This document shows positions 39,211 to 49,400 of a DNA stretch of 64,000 nucleotides, one piece after another. This stretch comes from an uncultured Planctomycetia bacterium (GTDB lineage Bacteria; Planctomycetota; UBA8108; UBA1146): assembly GCA_964605665.1 (NCBI GenBank), contig CAZSDP010000013.1:49331-113330 (forward strand). Direction: 5' to 3'. Every line of letters starts with the position of its first letter. Position 1 is the first letter of the stretch. The translations under genes were made by a program, and so were the position numbers. The notes beneath the pieces were generated by a model that saw only the letters and a list, made by a program, of their open reading frames with translations, ran no database searches and had not been told where the DNA came from.

Positions 39211-39932
39211 CTCCCCAGCCAAACCCCTCTGATTCTGCAAAACCGCTGGTGGTTCTCCTCCACGGCATCCTCCTTAACCGCTGGTTTCTTTGGCCTTTAG
39301 AACGATTTCTGAAGAGTCGGGGGCATCGAACCCTCAACCTCAGCTACCCATCGACCCGATCTACGATCGAGGGGCTGACCGAAGAGATCGCGAGCCGGAT
39401 ATCCGCTGAGCGGGCGAAACGTGCCGCACCGCGGGTGAGCCTGGTGACCCACTCTCTCGGCGGCCTGATTGGACGGCGCTTGATCAGTCAAGGGCTGCTG
39501 CTCGGCGCTCATCGATTCGTGCAGGTCGTCCCGCCGAACCGAGGAAGTGCCATGGCACGTGCTTGGCGAGATCAAGCGATCTACCGAGCACTTTACGGCA
39601 CCGGGGCAGGGTGGCAGCTGGGCGAATCCCAGGACGCCATCGACGAGATCTGTGGAAGACCGGAGGAAGTCGAATGGGGCATCGTGATGGGGAGGACGGC
39701 TCACGGTCTGCGAAGCTCGCTGCTGCAAGCTCCACACGACGGGGTGGTGAGTCAGTCAGAGATGCGGATCACGAACGTTCCCACGATATCGATCGACATG
39801 GGGCACACGCCGATACTCTTCCTCCCAGAGATGTGGCACGAAGCGGCGTCCTTCCTCGAACGAGGAGTATTCAAGGAATCCAGAGTGGAGTCTCCACCTC
39901 CCTCACACCACTCGGAACTCTCAAACGAATGA
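39207..39932 (+). CDS. Alpha/beta hydrolase (esterase/lipase-like)
   Basis: VLLHG, nucleophile elbow THSLGG, PPNRGS, HDGVV, GHT; ATGA-coupled to the macro gene. Confidence 0.8.
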   Translation: MTPQPNPSDSAKPLVVLLHGILLNRWFLWPLERFLKSRGHRTLNLSYPSTRSTIEGLTEEIASRISAERAKRAAPRVSLVTHSLGGLIGRRLISQGLLLGAHRFVQVVPPNRGSAMARAWRDQAIYRALYGTGAGWQLGESQDAIDEICGRPEEVEWGIVMGRTAHGLRSSLLQAPHDGVVSQSEMRITNVPTISIDMGHTPILFLPEMWHEAASFLERGVFKESRVESPPPSHHSELSNE

Positions 39933-40720
39933 ACCGAAAATCACCGACAGCTCCCCAAAAGCGAGCGATCCTTGTCGGTGCGAGCAACATCACCCTCGGT
40001 CTCCCATGGGTGATCCCGGCGGTCGAAGAACGGCTGGAAGCACCGGTCGAAATCACTGGGGCCTGGGGACATGGTCGTTCATACGGTGAGCCCTCGAGCC
40101 TCCTGTATCGAACGCTGCGCGGAATCATCCACTCCAAGTTGTGGTCTCACCTCGAGGATCGACCCGAACTCCCCACCTTTGCCTGTGTCACAGACGTCGG
40201 GAATGACATCGCATTTGGGGAAAGCCCCGACCAGATCATGAAATGGGTCACTGTCGTCTTCGAACGATTTGCCGAAATGAACGCGCAAGTCGTGGTCACC
40301 GGCTTGCCCATCGATCGCCTATACAACCAATCGAAGCTTAACTTCTTCCTGATCCGAGTTTTGTTTTTCCCTCAGTATCCCCTGCGTCAACCAGACATCC
40401 TCGCGAAGGTGGATGAAGTCAACGGCCGCCTCGGGGAGCTCACCCAAAAATTCGGGTTCCACTTCGTCCAACCGAAAGAGCGCTGGTACGGACTAGATCC
40501 GATCCACATCCAGTTCCCGAAGCAAAAGGAAGCGTGGGAATTCATCCTGCGCAGCTGGACCACCGATCAGTCGGAGGCCCACAAACGGATGACCAACTTA
40601 CGCCGTGCAATCGAGCTTTATTCGATGAGGCCAGAGCGCTACGACATCTTCGGGGAGAAGTTCCTGACTCACCAGCCGGCATATACCACCAAACGCGGCA
40701 GCACGATCTCGATGTTCTGA
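39929..40720 (+). CDS. SGNH/GDSL-like hypothetical hydrolase
   Basis: Block I-like LVGASNITLG, GHGRSYG, TDVGNDI, C-terminal GLDPIH. ATG 39929 overlaps the upstream TGA; the longer ORF from 39563 overlaps the hydrolase. Confidence 0.65.
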   Translation: MNRKSPTAPQKRAILVGASNITLGLPWVIPAVEERLEAPVEITGAWGHGRSYGEPSSLLYRTLRGIIHSKLWSHLEDRPELPTFACVTDVGNDIAFGESPDQIMKWVTVVFERFAEMNAQVVVTGLPIDRLYNQSKLNFFLIRVLFFPQYPLRQPDILAKVDEVNGRLGELTQKFGFHFVQPKERWYGLDPIHIQFPKQKEAWEFILRSWTTDQSEAHKRMTNLRRAIELYSMRPERYDIFGEKFLTHQPAYTTKRGSTISMF

Positions 40721-40955
40721 AGGGCTCAAGGTTGAGGGCGGACACTCGCTGCCCAACGATCGCAGCCAGCCACCCTGCAGTCGCGAAGACTGAGGGTCAT
40801 ATCCCCCGGAGCCCCCCCAAAAACCCTCGTCACTTCTCTTTCGCCCTCCCGATCCACTTGACCCCCTCGTGCGAGGGGCGGAAGCTATTGTCCTCGGCTT
40901 ACTTCCGCACTCGCGGAGACTCTCGCCGAGATCATCCTCGTGACGGGAGCCTGAC

Positions 40956-42764
40956 GTGGCTGACGCGATCATCAACGACTTTTCACTGCGTATTGCGACC
41001 GCAAACGGAACCGGAAGCCAGACTTCAAACCTGATCATCTTCCGCGCCTTGTTTCACATGGGACTCGCACCGAGTTCGAAGAACCTCTTTCCATCCAACA
41101 TCGCTGGACTGCCGACTTGGTATCAAATCAGGGTGAGTCCAGATGGTTGGCAAGCTCGACGCGACAACTGGCAAATCTTGTTGCCGCTCAATCCACAGAC
41201 GTTGGCACAAGATCTTTCCGAGTCTGAGCCAGGAACCATCGTCATCGATAACAGTGATCAGAAGGGGGTCGACCAGACCCTTTTCGATGACTTCACGCGA
41301 TACCCAGTGCCATTCGACACCATCGCACGCCAGGGAGTTAAGGACGTCAAACTTCGTCCAAAATTGAAGAACCTGATTTACGTCGGGATCGTCGCCGAAC
41401 TGATCGAGATTCCCGAAGAGTCGCTTCGATCCGCAATCGACTCCGTCTTCTCGAAAAAACCAGCAGTGGCAGACATCAACTTCGACGCAGCGATGCTCGG
41501 GGTGGAATACGCTCGGGAGAATTTCGCCTCGAAACCGCCCTTCAAGGTTGAAGCGGCCGATCAAACCAAAGGGAAGATCCTCATGGAGGGCAATGATGCT
41601 GCTGCCCTCGGCTGCGTCTTTGGGGGTTGCAGTGTGGTGTCCTGGTATCCCATCACCCCCGCAAGTTCGTTGGCAGAGTATCTGATCGGGCACCTACCCC
41701 GCTTGCGCCAAAGCGATGCAGACGGAGACTCCCGCTATATTGTGATTCAAGCGGAAGACGAACTCGCTGCGATCGGTATCGCTCTTGGGGCAGGTTGGGC
41801 GGGAGCTCGATCGATGACCTCGACGAGTGGTCCAGGAGTGTCCTTGATGGGAGAGAATCTCGGCCTCGGATACTTCGCAGAAATACCGACGGTCGTCTTC
41901 GACATTCAGCGCGTCGGGCCATCGACCGGTCTCCCCACCCGAACTCAACAAAGCGACTTACTGCAGATCGCATTTCAATCGCACGGCGATACACGCTTCC
42001 CGATGCTCCTACCAGCCAGCGTGCCAGAGGCTTTTGAATTTTCCTGTCAAGCATTCGATCTGGCTGAGCATTACCAGACTCCGATCTTCGTCGTTTCAGA
42101 TCTCGATCTCGGCATGAATCTCTGGGTCTCTGATCCACCCACCTATCCCGAGGCGCCGATCGATCGAGGTAAGATTGCGACGGATGAATTTCTGAAGAAG
42201 ACTAAAGACTGGGGACGATATCTCGACATCGACGGGGACGGAGTTCCCTATCGCACAGTTCCCCAAAAGTCGACTGATCCCCGCACTGCCCATCTGACCC
42301 GCGGATCAGGGCATGACGAATATGGGCGATACTCGGAAGATCCAGAAGTCTACTCGCGTAATCTCGATCGACTGGCGAGGAAGATCGACGGTACGGTCGA
42401 TCGGCTTCCTCCGCCACTATCGACTGCCGGTCAGCGAGACGATCTTGGCGTGATCGCATTCGGCACCACAGACTTTGCCATGCAGGAGGCTCTCTCCAAT
42501 CTCGATTCGCCTCCGGCATATCTACGCCTTCGATCGTGGCCCTTCCATAGTGAGGTCGAAGAGTTCATACGCCAATTTGAATCTGTGATTGTCGTCGAAC
42601 AGAATCAACAGGGCCAGATGGGGCAACTCTTGCGAATCGCCTATCCAGAACTCGCTCCTCGAATTCAGAGCGCGCTCTACTACGGCGGCTTACCGCTGAC
42701 GGCAGCATTCGTCCAAGATGCCATCGAAGAGCATCGGTCAACTCCCGGCACCGTGAAAGCATAG
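40956..42764 (+). CDS. 2-oxoacid:acceptor (ferredoxin) oxidoreductase subunit alpha (gamma-alpha fusion)
   Basis: ATANGTGSQT, GNDAAALG..YPITPASS, QAEDELAAIG..GA..TSTSGPG, QRVGPSTGLPTRTQQSD. Confidence 0.93.
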   Translation: MADAIINDFSLRIATANGTGSQTSNLIIFRALFHMGLAPSSKNLFPSNIAGLPTWYQIRVSPDGWQARRDNWQILLPLNPQTLAQDLSESEPGTIVIDNSDQKGVDQTLFDDFTRYPVPFDTIARQGVKDVKLRPKLKNLIYVGIVAELIEIPEESLRSAIDSVFSKKPAVADINFDAAMLGVEYARENFASKPPFKVEAADQTKGKILMEGNDAAALGCVFGGCSVVSWYPITPASSLAEYLIGHLPRLRQSDADGDSRYIVIQAEDELAAIGIALGAGWAGARSMTSTSGPGVSLMGENLGLGYFAEIPTVVFDIQRVGPSTGLPTRTQQSDLLQIAFQSHGDTRFPMLLPASVPEAFEFSCQAFDLAEHYQTPIFVVSDLDLGMNLWVSDPPTYPEAPIDRGKIATDEFLKKTKDWGRYLDIDGDGVPYRTVPQKSTDPRTAHLTRGSGHDEYGRYSEDPEVYSRNLDRLARKIDGTVDRLPPPLSTAGQRDDLGVIAFGTTDFAMQEALSNLDSPPAYLRLRSWPFHSEVEEFIRQFESVIVVEQNQQGQMGQLLRIAYPELAPRIQSALYYGGLPLTAAFVQDAIEEHRSTPGTVKA

Positions 42765-42772
42765 GGGTCTGT

Positions 42773-43813
42773 ATGAGTGATGCACCTCCAGCACCAAAAA
42801 CGAACCGACTCGGTCTGACCAAAAAGGACTACGCGGGTGGTCCATCGACCATGTGCAAAGGTTGCGGACACGACCGCATTTCGGAAGCGATCATTCAAGC
42901 AGCCTTCGACCTAGGACTCGAAGCGGAAAACTTGATCAAAATGAGCGGCATTGGCTGCTCCTCGAAGACACCTGCGTACTTCATCAGTCGCGCCTTTGGC
43001 CTCAACTCGACCCACGGTCGAATGCCCAGCTTCGCAACTGGGGCGCACGTTGCGAATCGTAGCATGATCCCCTTGGGAGTCTCGGGGGACGGGGATACCG
43101 CCTCCATCGGAATGGGCCAATTTGTCCATCTCATCCGGCGCAATACGAAGATGTTGTACATCGTCGAGAACAACGGAGTCTACGGTCTCACGAAAGGACA
43201 GTTCTCCGCGACAGCAGACCGAGAGAGCCCTAGCAAGAGAGGCGCGTTCCCCACCGAAGAAGCCATCGATCTTTGTGGCCTTGCGCTCGAACTAGGTGCT
43301 GGATTTGTCGCACGTAGCTTCTCGGGAGACAAGAAACAGCTCGTTCCTCTACTTCAGGCTGCCCTCAGCTACGACGGCCTCGCGTTTATCGACGTGATAT
43401 CGCCCTGTGTCACATTCAACAATCACGAAACATCCACCAAAAGCTACACCTACCAAAAAGAACATGACGTTCACTTTCATGACCCCACCTTCATTCCGAC
43501 CTTCGAGCACATCGACATCGATTACGAAGAGGGTGAAGTGCGCCGAGTCGAGCTTCATGATGGATCACAGCTCGTATTGAGGAAACTCGATCGTGATTAC
43601 GACCCAACCGATGCTCTGATCGCAGCTCAAGCAATTCGAGAGACTCGGGTGCAAGGTGAGGTGTTGACCGGAATGATCTATGTCTCCACCGATCGGCCTT
43701 CGCTGACAAAGGCCTCAAAGTTGACGAAGAAGCCTCTGTCGATGCTAGAGGAGTCCGAACTTCGTCCCAGTCGAGAGTCCTTCGATCAATTGATCGAAGG
43801 TTACCGCCTCTAA
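42773..43813 (+). CDS. 2-oxoacid:ferredoxin oxidoreductase subunit beta
   Basis: CKGCGHD, SGIGCSSK, HGRMP, TPP motif GDGD..ENNGVYGLTKGQFS, SPCVTFN. Confidence 0.93.
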   Translation: MSDAPPAPKTNRLGLTKKDYAGGPSTMCKGCGHDRISEAIIQAAFDLGLEAENLIKMSGIGCSSKTPAYFISRAFGLNSTHGRMPSFATGAHVANRSMIPLGVSGDGDTASIGMGQFVHLIRRNTKMLYIVENNGVYGLTKGQFSATADRESPSKRGAFPTEEAIDLCGLALELGAGFVARSFSGDKKQLVPLLQAALSYDGLAFIDVISPCVTFNNHETSTKSYTYQKEHDVHFHDPTFIPTFEHIDIDYEEGEVRRVELHDGSQLVLRKLDRDYDPTDALIAAQAIRETRVQGEVLTGMIYVSTDRPSLTKASKLTKKPLSMLEESELRPSRESFDQLIEGYRL

Positions 43814-43845
43814 GACCTGAACGAACTCGAATCGAAGATGGAAAA

Positions 43846-43876
43846 AGGGGAGACACCCCGGTCGGATGTCTCCCCT
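43846..43876. terminator. Probable bidirectional intrinsic terminator between convergent genes
   Basis: Perfect 10-bp stem AGGGGAGACA (43846-43855) / TGTCTCCCCT (43867-43876), A-run on the left; lies between the beta-subunit stop (43813) and the convergent stop (43894). Confidence 0.7.
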
Positions 43877-43893
43877 CTTAGAGCGACCTACTA

Positions 43894-44982
43894 TCAAAAA
43901 CAGGTGCTCTGATCACACATCAACAGATCCTCAGGAACTGCTGGCTGCCCATCGAATCCACAATCGGGAAATGGAGCGGGAATCGTCGCGCCTATCGGGG
44001 AGAAGAGCGCGGTAAGAAGCAGAATCGCGTCCCCGATATCAATCACACCATCGTTGTTCGCATCTGAGCTATCCCAACAAGATGCCACCACCGCCGGAAC
44101 TCCGGGCGACGGAAAGAGAAAGCTCAAGATATGGATCGCATCGGCGATGTTCGTTCCCCCATCGACATTGGAATCGCCACGGATGAATCGCCCCTCCGGG
44201 CCATCCCCGAGCCACTGAATGCCGGTCAAGGAGGTCCCTCCCAAAACGTTGGAAAACACCACTTCGCCGGTGGGCCCAATCTCGAAGTATGTTCCGGTGA
44301 CCGCGTCGAGAATCAGGAACGTCTCCGTCAAAACTCGATAATCGAGTGAACAGGGTTCGATCAACGAAGTCTGTACTGAAACATTCGAGATTTCATTTCC
44401 CTGGAGGTCGAGGAGGTGGATCGTATCGTCGTCTCTACCCACTACTGCGATGAAACTATCCTGCGCATCGATTCCCCCAATCTCATAGGGTAAATCGATC
44501 GACTGCGATACAGACCCACTGGCGTCAAAGCGCAGGACTCGACCAGAACGAGTCGCCATCAGCAACTCACCGGAGAGGATCCCAAGGTCTACAGGGCATT
44601 CGAAATTGACAGCATCGCAGATCACGCCTGGGATACTCACGACATCAACAATCATTCGATTGGCTCGATCGAGCCGCCCGAAGTTGGGAGCCACTCCCGT
44701 CGCGTTCGATCCGACGACGTAGATCTCGTCGTCGAGTACGGCCATCCCAGCGACTTGACCGAAATTGGCGGGGGCCGTGAACAACTCGGTCCCGGTCACC
44801 ATTCCATCACCACTATGCTGGCTAATTGCAAAGTCTGCTTGAGGAGACATCGGCGCGGAATCTGCGCTCAGAATCGAATCGGTGTCCAATTGGATCTGCG
44901 CTTCGACCCCCCCCACCACACAAGAGAGGAGAGCAAAACCGACAGTGGCTAAGCCTTTGTTCAAGATTCGAGTCGTCTGCAT
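43894..44982 (-). CDS. Secreted beta-propeller-like protein with C-terminal dockerin
   Basis: Signal peptide ending VEA-Q; repeated short beta blades (GMAVLDDEIYVVG, GGIDAQDSFIAVV, SLDYRV..FLILD); dockerin FIRGDSNVDGGTNIAD..CWDSSDANNDGVIDIGD. Confidence 0.7.
   Translation of the reverse strand: MQTTRILNKGLATVGFALLSCVVGGVEAQIQLDTDSILSADSAPMSPQADFAISQHSGDGMVTGTELFTAPANFGQVAGMAVLDDEIYVVGSNATGVAPNFGRLDRANRMIVDVVSIPGVICDAVNFECPVDLGILSGELLMATRSGRVLRFDASGSVSQSIDLPYEIGGIDAQDSFIAVVGRDDDTIHLLDLQGNEISNVSVQTSLIEPCSLDYRVLTETFLILDAVTGTYFEIGPTGEVVFSNVLGGTSLTGIQWLGDGPEGRFIRGDSNVDGGTNIADAIHILSFLFPSPGVPAVVASCWDSSDANNDGVIDIGDAILLLTALFSPIGATIPAPFPDCGFDGQPAVPEDLLMCDQSTCF
43897..44187 (-). repeat. Dockerin-type repeat 2 (4-Cys variant)
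   Basis: FIRGDSNVDGGTNIAD..LF..CWDSSDANNDGVIDIGDAI..LF..PAP..CG..LMC..C. Confidence 0.8.
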
Positions 44983-45060
44983 TCAATTCTTCCGATTGAG
45001 CGTGACTAGAGTCCTCACCTCATCGAAGCGACGGGCAATCACAATTGAATCGAGATGTCC

Positions 45061-46434
45061 TCATGCAAAGAGCCCGAGTGGGGTAAATCCAACCGGATCC
45101 ACCGCCGCCGCTTGAGAGTATCCCGGGATGATCTGTTCGATCAGAGCTGGATCATCGCCGAAGTAACTCTGAAAGATCTCACCGAACACAGCTCTGAAGT
45201 CGGTCCGGTGAGCAACGTATCGGGAATTATCAGAGAAGAGGTCCCCTGTTGTCCAGCTAGTTGCATCGCAATTGTAGACCCCCCCCACCACCGATCCTCC
45301 GGTAATCAACATCGTTCCCGCAGAACCGTGATCTGTCCCTCCGCTGCCATTTTCGCGGGATGTTCGGCCAAATTCGCTCATGACCACCACCAGGACGTCC
45401 TCCCACTGATCGGCGAGATCTCGGGAAAGAGCGCGCAGGCCCTCTGCGAGTTGTGCCAAGAGAGTGGGGTGATCCGCGCTTTGGTTAGTATGTGTGTCAA
45501 ATCCCGAATGGTTGAGGCCAAGGATCCGAACTGGAGTCCGTTTGAGGAGCATCGCCGTTTCTGCCAGCCGGTCACCGAGAGTCCCCGTCGGATAAACCGC
45601 ACCATTTGCTGGGACGTAGGCTCCCTGCTGCAGAGCCGCCTGCACGACGTCGATCGACTGTCCAAGCTGCACACCGGTGGCGTGTAGGAGCGATCGATAG
45701 GGCTTGGTGGAATCGTCTTCCGGGCCTCCGTAAAGCCCGTAGAACCCGTCTCCATCCGCGCCCCCAGTCGTCGACGGGAGCATCCCGAGAAAACGATCGA
45801 GCTCCGCTTGGCTTCCAGGAAATGCGTAGTCGGTACTCCTGGGGAATGCAGGGACTGGAATATCACCTTGGTATGCCATCGGTAGACTTGAATCGACCGC
45901 AGCCGCCACCAATGGTGCGTTACCCAGATCAAGATTTGCGGCGAGCTTTCGGTACAACATTCCTTCCCGGAATGCTTCTTCACCTGGCTTGCCTGTTTCC
46001 CAGAACAACTGCCCGCTGAAGTGACTGCGGGTCAAGTTCTGATAGCCAACTCGTTGGATAATCGCGAGCTGCCCCGGCCCCGCAACTCCATTCAAGGAGC
46101 TGTGATTGTAGATCTCCATCAACGGTTCCAGCCCTGGATTGAGCTGAGCGAATCCATTGCCAAGGTCGATGGCAGAGCTCTCTGGAATGAACAAAGACGG
46201 TCGGTTTGCTAGCGAATACTCCGCGTCTCCGCGCGGAATAACAGTGTTCACCGAGTCGTTCCCACCCCGTAAGAAGATCGTCACCATCTTGCGTGTCGGT
46301 GGAATTCCGCCCGCAATCAATCGACGAGTGAGCCATGCCGGTGAAGTCGCTGAAGCTCCCAAGCCGAGTCCGAGACTCGCCCCGAGACTTCGTAACATAA
46401 ATTTTCGTCTATCCATCATCGGTCGTTCCTTCAT
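45061..46434 (-). CDS. DUF1501 domain protein, Tat-exported
   Basis: Twin-arginine DRRKFM signal, IFLRGGNDSVNTVIP, GFDTHTNQ, SEFGRT..ENGSGGTDHG, DFRAVF; ATGA-coupled to DUF1800. Confidence 0.9.
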   Translation of the reverse strand: MKERPMMDRRKFMLRSLGASLGLGLGASATSPAWLTRRLIAGGIPPTRKMVTIFLRGGNDSVNTVIPRGDAEYSLANRPSLFIPESSAIDLGNGFAQLNPGLEPLMEIYNHSSLNGVAGPGQLAIIQRVGYQNLTRSHFSGQLFWETGKPGEEAFREGMLYRKLAANLDLGNAPLVAAAVDSSLPMAYQGDIPVPAFPRSTDYAFPGSQAELDRFLGMLPSTTGGADGDGFYGLYGGPEDDSTKPYRSLLHATGVQLGQSIDVVQAALQQGAYVPANGAVYPTGTLGDRLAETAMLLKRTPVRILGLNHSGFDTHTNQSADHPTLLAQLAEGLRALSRDLADQWEDVLVVVMSEFGRTSRENGSGGTDHGSAGTMLITGGSVVGGVYNCDATSWTTGDLFSDNSRYVAHRTDFRAVFGEIFQSYFGDDPALIEQIIPGYSQAAAVDPVGFTPLGLFA

Positions 46435-49400
46435 TGGAAACTCCAGCGAGGCATACTCAACATCAGCCCAACCAGTTTCTGCACTCGATCCTGATAGTCT
46501 GGAGCCGTCGGATCGAAGGGGCCCATCGTCCCATCCGGTAAAGTCTGGGCGAACCGTTGCAACAAGAGGCGCTCTGTAGCATTCATTGTCCCCTGGTAGA
46601 GAAGATCGTCGAAGAGATCGATGATCTCAAATTCAGACTGAGCATTTGCAGCATTGAGGATCTGTATCGGATCCCAGCTGAATCGGGCACTGACATTGTC
46701 CGCCACCGTTCGAACGAAGTTGACTCGCTCGAGCAAGGAAGTGGTTCCGATCCAGCGATCTCCACGTTCTGGCCAGCCATCGGGATCATCCCGATCAAAG
46801 AGGCTCATGCCCATACTTTGAAGAGTGTCGGTCAAACTACGCCCATCGAAATCTGCGTCGAGTGCACGCATTGTCGAAACCATGTGCTCAAAAGGTGTTT
46901 TAACTTTCGCTCGGCGAGACAATTCACTGCGGAAGACACTACCGACATCATCCACAGCCAAAATTGTACGAACGACGGTTTCTATGTTGCCGGGTGGGCT
47001 CGTCGAATACCACGCAGCGATCGCATCTGCGAGAAGAGCCCGCAATGGAAGTGGCGCGGAGAGATCATGCGCACTCGCTAGATCGATTTCGTCGGAGATG
47101 AGAAGCCCAATCAACTTGACGCTGATGAACTCGGCCGCAGAGGGGTGCTGAACAATCTGATTGATCACATCGAGGCCATCTTGGACGCCGTCGGCGCCGA
47201 GGCGCCCAGCTGGAATCGTCAGCTGATGGGGTGTCCCCGCGAAGATGATTTTCTCCGTCGTGTCATGCTGTGCCGGGTCAAACCGGAAAATCCAATGCCC
47301 TTGTCGGTCATCCACATCGAGATATCCAGGGCCGGGGGACCAGCGATAAAGACGCGGCAAACACGAGAGATCACCATTCGTGAGGTTCACATTGTGAACC
47401 TGAATTGCCAGAACATTTGTCCCAACCAACAGCTCTTCACGAAACCGATCGAGTGAAACAATGAGGGGATCTCTTGTCACTTCGTGCCCAGAGCTGAACT
47501 CGTTGAAGGCGGGAGGTGTTCCCGTTGCGCTCATCGAGCCCGACCGCGCAACTTCACGGCCATTGAGGTAAACCACCACACCGTCATCGTAGGCGACATG
47601 GAGTTCGAGAACTTCTGGAAAGTGAATGTCGCTGAGAGTGAAGGACCTGCGAAGGTAGACGCTACCGTAATTCCCTTGCATGTCGGTGAGCACGGTCGCG
47701 TCGTCCCCATCCCCAAAGCCGATACCGGTTGGTCCCTGTAACCAGGCGGAATCATCGAATCCGATCTCAGCCCATGCGGTGGTCGGTTCTCCACTCAATC
47801 CAGGGGAAGGCTCGGCAGTTCCCTTCCAGTAATTCCAAACATCACCGATCTCGATGATGGGGGTTTCTAAGATCACATTCGGCTCGTCAATCTGGGGATT
47901 GATCGCGTTGGCAGGGAATGGTTGAAGTGACTCGAAGGGAACCTTACTGACTGTCCACCCAGTAAAGCAGCGAGACACTTCTTCGACATCTGCCTGGGTA
48001 TATCCATTGTCTACGCCGAGTCCGAAGAGCTCCAAAATCTCCCGGGCATAGTTCTCATTCGGCTGTGCCGCCAAATTCAAAACCGAATCGAGATAGATGA
48101 GCATCGATGGGCTCGTTGCAGAGTAAAGCAGCAGATCTCCAAAATTCCCGAATGCATTGTCGGTGAAGAACTGGAATTCCTCTCGCTCGATCTCCGCGGC
48201 TTCACGCCGAGCCTGTCGAGATTCAATGACGCGCTCGTCATATCGATCTCTCGACCTCTGGAGAACGTCCTGAACTTTGTCGAGATCTGTTGTGAAGTGG
48301 TTATCCCAGAACATCGCGAGAACATTTCGCAGCTGATTCTCTGAGTAACGCGATCGGGCAAATGCAAAGCGCTGCAAACTCTCTTTATCGCGCATCATCG
48401 AGCGAGAAGGAAATGTCGTGGGTTCTTGTACAACCACTCGTGGATCGAGAAAGAAGTCCCCTTGAGTCAAATTTCGATTGTGCCCCTGTATCGCGAGGAT
48501 GTTCTCTCCCGGCACCAACAGCGAACTCGGAATCACGAAGTACTCCGGAATACCTGGTCCATGCTGGGATGTGGTTCCCTCATCGTGTGCCGGAAAAGTG
48601 GCCGTCAGATTAGAACGACCGACTTCAGTCCCATTCACCCAGGCCACAAACCCGTCATCGTAGTCGCAGTAGAGCGCCACAGCCGGAAGTGAAGCGGGAT
48701 CTGGAACAAAGAATGAGGCCCGGCATGCAATCGAGGTGTAGTTCCCCTGCATGTCGAGAAGTAACGTACCGCCACGACCAAAAGAGAGCCGAAATGGGGC
48801 CGGCGCTATCTCCCAGGTCGAATCATCAAAAGCGGGCAACTGCCAATCGAGTGGGAATGGTGAGGTCCCCTTCTGATACCGAAAGAATGACTCCTTCACC
48901 AAAATCTCACGGTCTCTCGTGCGTTCAAATGTGGTCAAGGATGCTGCTTCACGTGTGAGCAAATCAGCATTCAAACTCTCGTCGATCCCCAGAATCTGCT
49001 GATCGATCCAAGGTCCAAATCCGGTGGCGATCAGCTGATCAGTGTCGCCCGGCCTGGCACCGAAGGTGGCCCTCGCCAATAGATGGCCTGCCTGCAACCG
49101 CTCAGGGTCCGGTCCGCCACATGGAGGGAAATTACACTCCAGTGGATCGAGACTTGGATCAGGACCGCAGTCGATCGGACCGGGAGGAGGAGGAGGGGCG
49201 CCACCGGAAAAGATGTAGGCGAGAACATTGATCGGGTCTGAAATCGTCAGCGACCCAGAGTCATCCACGTCTGCCGCATCTCGGCAATCGACATGCCAGC
49301 CGAGGAACAAGTGACCGAGAACCACGACGGCGTCGCTGACATCGACGGCGCCATCATTGGAGGCATCACCTCGACGAAACTCGGGTTCAACCGCACCCGC

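Noticed and set aside
39563-39928. N-terminal extension of the 385-aa ORF 39563-40720
   Set aside because: Overlaps the alpha/beta hydrolase in another frame; ATG at 39929 gives ATGA coupling and starts the SGNH-like motif.
40858-40891. TTGACC ... TATTGT promoter-like pair upstream of the oxidoreductase
   Set aside because: The spacer is 22 nt, too long for a sigma70 promoter call.
41025-41693. 222-aa minus-strand ORF
   Set aside because: Antisense shadow of the oxidoreductase alpha subunit.
45055-45687. 210-aa plus-strand ORF
   Set aside because: Antisense shadow of DUF1501.
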